Assembly: GCA_965215505.1 (NCBI GenBank) | Contig: OZ244065.1 | Span: 3,776,001-3,840,000, forward strand | From: Capsulimonadaceae bacterium | GTDB taxonomy: Bacteria > Armatimonadota > Armatimonadia > Armatimonadales > Capsulimonadaceae | DNA length: 64,000 nucleotides | Direction: 5' to 3' | In this document: positions 55,856-64,000 of the stretch, one piece after another | Layout of the letters: the number at the start of each line of letters is the position of its first letter | How positions within the stretch are numbered: the first letter of the stretch is position 1 | Program-made: the position numbers and the translations under genes | Notes under the pieces: model-generated | Told to the model about the DNA's origin: nothing | Seen by the model: the letters and a program-made list of their open reading frames with translations, nothing else | Databases searched by the model: none

Positions 55856-56364
55856 TCAGAAGCGGGCACCGAGCGCCAATGTCGCGCCGCCCGCCCGGTC
55901 TGTCAGGCGGTATTGGGCGTTGACGAAGACCGTCCCGGTGAGGTTGTAGCCGGCCTCGGCATAGGCGCCGGGCCGGAAGAAGGCGTGGATGCCGTTCAGG
56001 TCGGACCCGTAGACGCCCGCGCCGAAGCCCGCGTACCCGGACTGGGCATCGAGCGGGGAGCGGCCCCCGCTCAGGCCGTAGGACAGGCCGACGGTGCCGC
56101 TGACCAGGGTGGAGCCTTCGCCCCGGCTGCTGCGCGCGGCGCTGGCTCCCAGGACGATGCGCGAAACCGCCGCAGGCTTTGCGGGGAGCGCGTAGCGGAC
56201 GTCCAGGATCGGCAGGCTGCTCGTGGCGCGGGCGCGCGTCTCCCCCGACGACGGCAGGAAGACGCCGAGGCTGACGCTGACGGGTTTGGGCGTCTGCGCG
56301 TGTGCCGGCACTGCTGACGCCAGCAGGAGGAGGACGGGGACCAGGTTTCTCATGGCTGCATGGG

Positions 56365-56368
<4 letters not shown>
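55856..56368 (-). CDS. Small outer-membrane beta-barrel-like protein (paralog)
   Basis: GVFLPSSG, YAGFGAGVY, GAYAEAGY, LGARF; ATGA overlap with serA stop. Confidence 0.7.
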
Positions 56369-57948
<1,580 letters not shown>

Positions 57949-58261
57949 TGAATAAACTCCCTTGTTCTGATTCTAGCGTTCCGATGCGGCGCAGGAGGCC
58001 GGGTTGAATGGGGTTCGTTTCCGCAAAAAAGCATGCTCGTTTTTGCGTGACGCCTTCCCCGGAATGAAATCCGGTCTTCGGCGGGTGGGAGTTCGTTTTG
58101 ACAAATTTCACTGCTTCGTCGGCGTCGGCCTCCGCCCTCGTTCCGGGGTTCGTTTTTGCAGATTTGTTTGTTGTCTCGGTCTAACGTCCCTGCCCTCTAA
58201 GATATAAATGTCTACTGTTTATCCCGTGATTGTACCCGATAACAGACAGAAGATCAAGACG

Positions 58262-58492
58262 TTAGGCTTCCAGTGTTCCCCGGTCGTAATACTTGCGCTC
58301 CCACTCGTGTTCGAAGCGGGGGTCTTCGGCGATGCCCAATCTTCCACAGAGGGTGCAATGATCTTCCGGGTCGGGCTTGCCGAACGCCTCATAAAAGTCA
58401 TCCAGGTCTTGTGGGTTGATGCCGGACACCTCATTGACGGTTTCACCGGCACCGGCACAGCCGGGTTCGCGGCAAACAATCGGGACAACCAT
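58262..58492 (-). CDS. Small putative zinc-binding protein
   Basis: RBS aggtg; CREPGC and CTLC. Confidence 0.6.
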   Translation of the reverse strand: MVVPIVCREPGCAGAGETVNEVSGINPQDLDDFYEAFGKPDPEDHCTLCGRLGIAEDPRFEHEWERKYYDRGTLEA

Positions 58493-58605
58493 ACTTTCAC
58501 CTGACGATCATAACCGATGCCAGACGCGCTGCTGCGGGTCATTAACTGATGTTACGCGAGTGCTGTCACGGCGCTGGAGCCAGGCGGATGAGTACAGATG
58601 AGTTC

Positions 58606-58752
58606 GGACGAGTGATTGAAATCACTCGCTCCTCTCGGACCTGTCCAGGGGACAGAAGAGGGGAAAGACGAAAAGACCGTGACGGTGGCCTCTGCCGTTC
58701 TCTTGTCCCCTGGACAATTCCGGCGTCAGCGAGTGATTTCAATCACTCGTCC
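58606..58752. repeat. REPIN/MITE-like element, family A copy 5
   Basis: Family A termini; followed by ACTCGTCCT stutter. Confidence 0.9.
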
Positions 58753-58785
58753 TACTCGTCCTACTCCTCAACCGGCGCGTAACAT

Positions 58786-59087
58786 CAATCGTTGATCCAG
58801 AAGAACACTGCCCTGGTTTGTTCCGCCACGGCGTCTGTCAGGGGAACCGCATAGATCGGCGACGTGCGCTTTCAACTGTCGGCTCATCTCCTCGGCAGTG
58901 ATCCACCGTCCGGCGTCGTAATCCTTGACACTCTGGTCCAGGCCCGCCATCTTGGCTTGAAGCTCGGCTTCGGCTTCTTCCAGGTCGCGGTCAGCAGGGC
59001 GTTGGAAAGCTGCTCCGGGTCGAGGGCCAGTTTTTCGGCATACGCGCGGAGGCGCATCTCGGTGTCGGGCGTCAGCGTGACCGTCAT
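58786..59087 (-). pseudogene. Decayed antitoxin plus ParE/RelE-like toxin fragment
   Basis: MTVTLTPDTEMRLRAYA, frameshift near 58986, then EEAEAELQAKMAGLDQSVKDYDAGRWITAEE; overlapping YAVPLTDAVAEQTRAVFFWIND stop. Confidence 0.6.
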
Positions 59088-59092
59088 GATCG

Positions 59093-60181
59093 TTAGCCCT
59101 TCTTGTCGGCGAAGTCCTTGAGCAGTTCGGTCAGGGCCTTGACGCCCGCTTCGGGGAAGGCGTTGTAGATGGAGGCGCGGAAGCCGCCGACGCTGCGGTG
59201 GCCTTTCAGGTTGGTCATGCCGGCCTTCTTGAACTCGGCCAGCAGGTCCGGCTCTAGCGCCTCGTCGCGCAGCCGCCAGGTGACGTTCATCAGGGACCGG
59301 TCGCCCTTGCTGGTGACGGTGGGCTGGAAGAAGGGGGTCAGCAGGTCCAGGGTGTTGTAGAGGAGGGCGGCCTTGTGGCGGTTGCGGGCCTCGATGGCTT
59401 TCAGTCCGCCCTCGCCCTCGATCCACTTTAAAACCAGGCCGACGACGTAGATGGGGAAGCAGGGCGGCGTGTTGTAGAGCGAGCGGCTTTCCAGGAAGGT
59501 GCCGTAGGAGTAGATCTTGGGCAGGTCGGGGTTGGCTTCGGCCAGGAACGACTTGCGGGCGACGACGAGGGTGACGCCGGCGGGGCCGATATTCTTCTGC
59601 GCGCCGCCGTACATCAGGGCGAACTTCGTGTAGTCGCGTTCCAGGGCGAGGTAGTCCGAGGACATGTCGGCGACGAGCGGCGTGTCGCCGGTGTCGGGCA
59701 GGTCGAAGTACTCGGTGCCCTCGATGGTGTTGTTGGTGGTGATGTGGACGTAGCGCGCACCGGGAGTCCGGGTGAAGGTGCGGGGGATCTCGGCGTAGCC
59801 CTCGCCCTTGGAGGTGGCCGCCTCGCGGGCGTCGCCGTAGAACTTGGCTTCCTTCAAGGCCTTCGCGCCCCAGTCGCCGGAGACGACGTAGTCTGCGCTG
59901 AGGCCGGGTTTGAGGAAGTTCTGCGGCACCTGGGCGAACTGCTGGCTCGCGCCGCCGGACATGAACAGGGCGGCATACTCGGCGGGGTCCAGGCCCAGGA
60001 CGCGCAGCAGGCGGGCCTCGGCGTCGGCGTGGATGGCCTCGTAGTCCTTGCCCCGGTGGGAGACTTCCAGGACAGACATCCCCGAGCCGTTGATCTCGCG
60101 GACGCCTGCGGCGGCTTCTTCCAGGACGGGTTCGGGCAGGATGGCCGGCCCGGCGCTGAAGTTGTAGGTGCGGTGGCTCAT
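59093..60181 (-). CDS. serC: Phosphoserine aminotransferase
   Basis: YNFSAGPA, EVSHRG, NTIEG, DMSS, GAQKNIGPAG, LYNTPP, KGHRSVGGFRASIYNA. Confidence 0.97.
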   Translation of the reverse strand: MSHRTYNFSAGPAILPEPVLEEAAAGVREINGSGMSVLEVSHRGKDYEAIHADAEARLLRVLGLDPAEYAALFMSGGASQQFAQVPQNFLKPGLSADYVVSGDWGAKALKEAKFYGDAREAATSKGEGYAEIPRTFTRTPGARYVHITTNNTIEGTEYFDLPDTGDTPLVADMSSDYLALERDYTKFALMYGGAQKNIGPAGVTLVVARKSFLAEANPDLPKIYSYGTFLESRSLYNTPPCFPIYVVGLVLKWIEGEGGLKAIEARNRHKAALLYNTLDLLTPFFQPTVTSKGDRSLMNVTWRLRDEALEPDLLAEFKKAGMTNLKGHRSVGGFRASIYNAFPEAGVKALTELLKDFADKKG

Positions 60182-60509
60182 TGTCTGGTCTCGTTTCTAA
60201 CTCGTTCGCGTTTGTGTGTTCGCCGTTGAACTCGCTGCCGTGGGGAGGTTCGTCAAAAGCGCCCTCAGTGTACCCGAAAGGCGGGGGGGGTGGCAAGGGG
60301 GCGGGTCGGGGGATGGAGGATGGAGGGCGGGAAGAGGGCGCGGCAGGATTAGGAGGGCGCGGATCAGGAAGGAGGGCGCGGCAAGCGGCGCCCCTACGAT
60401 GACCGGAGGGAATCGTCATAAGCCCCGAAGCGGGTGGCCCACCGGCGAAGCCGGGAGTACCCCAATAAAATCCTAGACCGGCCATTCATGGCCGGTTTCT
60501 TGCTGGGGC

Positions 60510-60983
60510 TTACAGGATCGTCGCCACATAGCGCCGCGAGGCTGGGTCCAGGGCCTCGGTGTCGGTGATCTCGAAGCGGTTGCCGTCCACGTCCAGCAGC
60601 AGGAGGTGGGTGGGGGAGAGCCAGACGGCGTTCTCCTGGAGGTTCTGGGTCACGAATTCCCGGTCGCCCCGGTCGGTCTGGACGCTCCAATAGGTCGCCC
60701 CGAACTCCTGTTTGGCGCTCACGATGGCCCGGACGGCGGCGGTCAAATAGCGCCGCCGCAGCTCCTCCTGGGCGGCCTCTAAAGAGGCGGGCGGCAGGAC
60801 GTTGGGGTCGGGGAGGGTGACGATCTCCGCCCCTTTGCCGTCGAGCAGGGCGAGGTACTGGCCGGGCCGGGACAGCGGCGCGGCCCAGGCCGGCTTGACG
60901 GTGTGGTAGGATTTCTCGTCCCCGACGGTCAGCCGCAGGCGGTCCTTGGGGTGGTAGAACAGGTTCAGCGATTTGGGGTCCAT
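60510..60983 (-). CDS. DUF1854-like protein
   Basis: PLSRP..YLAL, EELRRRY, WSVQTDRG, DVDGNRFEI. Confidence 0.8.
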   Translation of the reverse strand: MDPKSLNLFYHPKDRLRLTVGDEKSYHTVKPAWAAPLSRPGQYLALLDGKGAEIVTLPDPNVLPPASLEAAQEELRRRYLTAAVRAIVSAKQEFGATYWSVQTDRGDREFVTQNLQENAVWLSPTHLLLLDVDGNRFEITDTEALDPASRRYVATIL

Positions 60984-60997
60984 GGGTGCCTTCTTGT

Positions 60998-61432
60998 CTA
61001 GATGATGTCGGCCCGGCCGTCGTAGGCGGCGCGGGAGGACAGGATCAATCCCCGATGATCTTCCGCCCACTGGGCGAGGGCGGCCAGCGGCCCGATGAGG
61101 GTCCGGCCTAGGGCGGTCAGCTCATACTCGACGCGCACCGGCACGGAGGGGTAGACCGTCCTCTCGACCAGCCCGTCGCGCTCTAGCTGCCGCAGAGTGT
61201 GCGTCAGCATCCTCTGGGAGATGCCCTCGATGGAGCGGCGCAGGTTGCTGAAACGCATCCGGCCGTCTTTGAGCAGGACGACCACCAGCACGCTCCACTT
61301 GTCGCCGACCCGGTCCAAGATGTCCCGCAGGGGGCACCCCTTGCCGCCCTCGGACGGCGTCTTGGGCGCAGAAGGGGCTGCCTGGACGGGCAGCGAATGG
61401 ATTATCTTCCGGTTCTTGCTGGTCGTAATCAC
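60998..61432 (-). CDS. HxlR-family winged-helix regulator (QorR/YtfH-like)
   Basis: CPLRDILDRVGDKWS, ISQRMLT..LRQLERDGLV, VEYELT; GTG start inferred from RBS. Confidence 0.9.
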   Translation of the reverse strand: MITTSKNRKIIHSLPVQAAPSAPKTPSEGGKGCPLRDILDRVGDKWSVLVVVLLKDGRMRFSNLRRSIEGISQRMLTHTLRQLERDGLVERTVYPSVPVRVEYELTALGRTLIGPLAALAQWAEDHRGLILSSRAAYDGRADII

Positions 61433-61448
61433 TTGCAATGCTCCCTTC

Positions 61449-61533
61449 GGTTACTCCTAAGTAACCTTGTGACTTGAAAGTGCCGTCTTGACGGCGACTC
61501 GCCTAGAGTGTACCATGGTTACAAGAAGTTACC
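61449..61533. promoter_or_regulatory. Divergent control region: TTGACG-N17-TACCAT promoter and GGTTAC-N5/6-GT(A/T)ACC boxes
   Basis: -35 at 61488, -10 at 61511; boxes at 61449-61466 and 61517-61533. Confidence 0.6.
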
Positions 61534-61575
61534 AACTTCTTGTTAGGAACTGACTCGACACTACGCGGTCCCTGC

Positions 61576-61706
61576 CGAGTGGTTGAAAACCACTCGCTAG
61601 GCCAGGTGTCCTTCGGACAAAAGGCGGCGGACAGAGGGCAGCGGACACGAGCCATCTCTCCTCGTCCGCAGGACGCTTCTCCTAGCGAGCGGTTTTCAAC
61701 CGCTCG
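61576..61706. repeat. REPIN-like element, family A variant copy 6
   Basis: CGAGTGGTTGAAAACCACTCGCTAG...CTAGCGAGCGGTTTTCAACCGCTCG. Confidence 0.75.
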
Positions 61707-61756
61707 TCCGGGGCCGCATGACATCGAGACCTGAACCACAGTATGGAGGCAACACA

Positions 61757-62611
61757 ATGATCGTCGTCACCGGAGCCACAGGCAATCTTGGCCGTCTTGT
61801 CATCGCGGGGCTGCTGAAAATAGTCCCGGCCTCAGGGATCGTCGCAGCCGTGCGGACTCCCGAGAAGGCCGCAGACCTCGCCTCCCTCGGGGTGCAGGTG
61901 CGGCAGGCGGACTATTCGCAGCCCGAAACACTGCACTCGGCCCTGGCCGGGGCGGACAAGGTGCTGCTCATCTCGTCCAGCGAGTTCACCGGGACGGGAC
62001 CCCAGCACCGGGCCGTCATCAAGGCCGCCAAAGGCGTGGGGGCGAAACTGCTGGCCTATACCAGTATCCTGCGCGCCGACACGTCGGCGCTGACGCTCTC
62101 CGAGAAACACAAAGAAACCGAGGAGAACATCCGGGCCTCCGGCCTGCCCTTCGTCTTCCTCCGCAACGGGTGGTACTTCGAGAACCAGACCGGCGCGCTC
62201 GGTCCCGCTTTGCAGCACGGGGCCATCCTTGGGGCGGCGGGCGAAGGGCGCTTCGCCTCGGCAGCGCGCGCGGATTACGCGGCGGCGGCGGTCGCCGTGC
62301 TGACGAGTCCGGGCCACGAGAATAAAGCCTATGAGCTGGCCGGCGACTTCCCGTACACGCTGGCCGAGCTGGCGGCCGAGGTTTCCAAGCAGGCCGGGAA
62401 GCCGGTGGCTTACAACAACCTGCCGCCGGAGGGTTATCAGGCCGCCTTGGAAAGCTTCGGTCTGCCCGCCATGATGGCCGCCTACCTCGTGGACGCGGAG
62501 GTCTGCGCGGCGCGGGGCGAGCTGGACGACGCCTCCGGCGATCTGCACAAGCTGATCGGGCGGCCCACCGCCACGCTGGCGGACGCGGTGGCGGCGGCGC
62601 TGAAGGCGTAG
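61757..62611 (+). CDS. qorB: NmrA-like NAD(P)H:quinone oxidoreductase (QorB/YtfG-like)
   Basis: TGATGNLG, LLISS, AYTS, LRNGWY.EN, RADYA, LIGRP; divergent HxlR. Confidence 0.8.
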   Translation: MIVVTGATGNLGRLVIAGLLKIVPASGIVAAVRTPEKAADLASLGVQVRQADYSQPETLHSALAGADKVLLISSSEFTGTGPQHRAVIKAAKGVGAKLLAYTSILRADTSALTLSEKHKETEENIRASGLPFVFLRNGWYFENQTGALGPALQHGAILGAAGEGRFASAARADYAAAAVAVLTSPGHENKAYELAGDFPYTLAELAAEVSKQAGKPVAYNNLPPEGYQAALESFGLPAMMAAYLVDAEVCAARGELDDASGDLHKLIGRPTATLADAVAAALKA

Positions 62612-62771
62612 GAGCCGACGGAGGGAGCAGGCCCGTAGCGCACCCGGCGCGTATGCGGGCGCGTCGGTCCCGGCCGTGAAGGGCTGGTCTGTTCCCGGCT
62701 CCGCCGGTGGGCCGCCCCTTCGGGGCTATGGAAAGGGCGCGATGAATCGCGCCCCTACATGGCGGCGGCTT

Positions 62772-64000
62772 TCACCGCCGGGGGCGATGGTCCGGGCGGC
62801 GGGCGGGCGGCGGGCCATAGGCCTTCTGGAAGCGGCGGATGAACTCCTCGCTGGCCTGGGCGTGGTTCACCATCGGGCGCGGGTACTTCGGGGTGTCCAG
62901 TTCCGGTATCCAGCGGCGGCAGTAGGCCATGTCGGGGTCGTAGCGCCGCTGCTGGGCGATGGGGCTGAAGACCCGGAAGTTGCCGTTTGGGTCGGGCGCG
63001 GTCCCGGCCACCCACTGCCAGCCGCCGTAGTTCGCGGCCCAGTCACCGTCCACCAGCCCCTGCATGTAGTACTCGGCCCCGAGCCGCCAGTCGAGCAGGA
63101 GGTCTTTGCACAGGAACGAGGCCGCCACCTGCCGGGTCCGGTTGTGCATCCAGCCCGTCGCCAGCATCTGCCGGATGCCTGCGTCCACATAGGGGTAGCC
63201 GGTCGTCCCGCTCTTCCACCGCTCCAGGTACTCGTCGTTCTGGTCGAAGCGCATGGCCGCCAACGCGGGCTGGATGGCCTTCTTCAGCATGGTCGGGTGG
63301 TGCCAGAGCATGGCATTGAAAAAGTCCCGCCAGCCCAATTCGTCCTGCCACTTGCGCCCACCCGCGCCGCCGACGTCGTCCGCCGCGCGCCAGCAGTCCC
63401 GGACGGAGATCGTGCCGTATTTCAGATGCACCGACAGGGCGGACGTGCTGGCCGCGTCGGAAGTGTCGTCCCGGTTGTCCGCATACAGGTGTAGGCTGCG
63501 CCGGGCGAACTCCGCTAAGGAAGACTGCGCCGCCCCCTCGCCCGCTGCGGGGATGTCTTGCGTCAGGTGCAGCCCGTAGTCTTCCATCCGGGGCAGGGTG
63601 GCCGAGGGCAGGGGGGCGTCCAGGCGCAGGCTTGCCGCGACTCCGTCCATGTCCAAGGGCTTGCCGACGCGCAGGCGCGTCTCCCAAACCCGTTTGAAGG
63701 ACGTGTAGGTCTTGAACGGCTCGCCGTCGCGCGGGTCCACGATGCCCTGCGGCGCGGCCAGCAGGGCGTCGTCGAAGGCATGCACGGACAGCCCGGCGGC
63801 CTCCATCATCGCCGTCACGCGCTCGTCGCGCTCCGTGCTGTAGGGCGTATAATCGCGGTTGAAGTACAGGGCCGACGCGCCCGCCTCGGCGGCCAGCGTC
63901 CGCAGTTCCCGCTCGGGCGGCCCGCCCCGGCGCAGGACGAGCTGGCCGCCGCGCCGGCGGAACTCCTCGGCCAGCACGTCGAGCGACCGGAACAGGAAGG
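62772..64000 (-). CDS. phrB: Deoxyribodipyrimidine photolyase/cryptochrome family, 5' end outside window
   Basis: TSALSVHLKYGTIS, ELGWRDF, G.TGYPYVDA, GWMHNR, LLDWR, DGDWAANYGGWQW. Confidence 0.85.
   Translation of the reverse strand, partial: FLFRSLDVLAEEFRRRGGQLVLRRGGPPERELRTLAAEAGASALYFNRDYTPYSTERDERVTAMMEAAGLSVHAFDDALLAAPQGIVDPRDGEPFKTYTSFKRVWETRLRVGKPLDMDGVAASLRLDAPLPSATLPRMEDYGLHLTQDIPAAGEGAAQSSLAEFARRSLHLYADNRDDTSDAASTSALSVHLKYGTISVRDCWRAADDVGGAGGRKWQDELGWRDFFNAMLWHHPTMLKKAIQPALAAMRFDQNDEYLERWKSGTTGYPYVDAGIRQMLATGWMHNRTRQVAASFLCKDLLLDWRLGAEYYMQGLVDGDWAANYGGWQWVAGTAPDPNGNFRVFSPIAQQRRYDPDMAYCRRWIPELDTPKYPRPMVNHAQASEEFIRRFQKAYGPPPARRPDHRPRR

Noticed and set aside
58884-60485. 533-aa minus-strand ORF
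   Set aside because: Alternate frame over serC; only its end coincides with the antitoxin relic

Overview
GC-rich (~70% by eye) bacterial chromosomal window, probably Armatimonadota (inferred from the VPEAATTVSFGLLLALG-type PEP-CTERM tail and standalone Clp-N fusion; not proven). Housekeeping genes (fabG, pyrG, serA, serC, photolyase, copZ/copA, qorR/qorB-like pair) are interleaved with an AraC-associated ~16 kb cluster of 11 carbohydrate-active enzymes (GH35, GH27, GH29, GH2, GH53, several GH43-like, two CE1-like esterases), an ECF sigma module, a PAS-PAS-GAF-SpoIIE phosphatase and many palindromic REP/REPIN-like elements of several families. No rRNA, tRNA, CRISPR array, integrase or transposase was recognised. 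The most unusual items are: (1) a standalone ClpN - excisionase-like HTH - PilB/GspE ATPase fusion behind a promoter bracketed by an inverted repeat; (2) a reversed-order mcrC-mcrB type IV restriction pair whose specificity region is a low-GC cassette spanning the gene junction, with the mcrC RBS inside a perfect 53-bp hairpin; (3) signs that the REPIN-like elements reshape adjacent DNA (terminal stutter repeats, an inverted 25-bp copy that truncates a phosphatase gene, an internally inverted element); and (4) a chimeric duplication relic joining PEP-CTERM, fucosidase and GNAT fragments. All family calls come from motif recognition by eye, without database searches.
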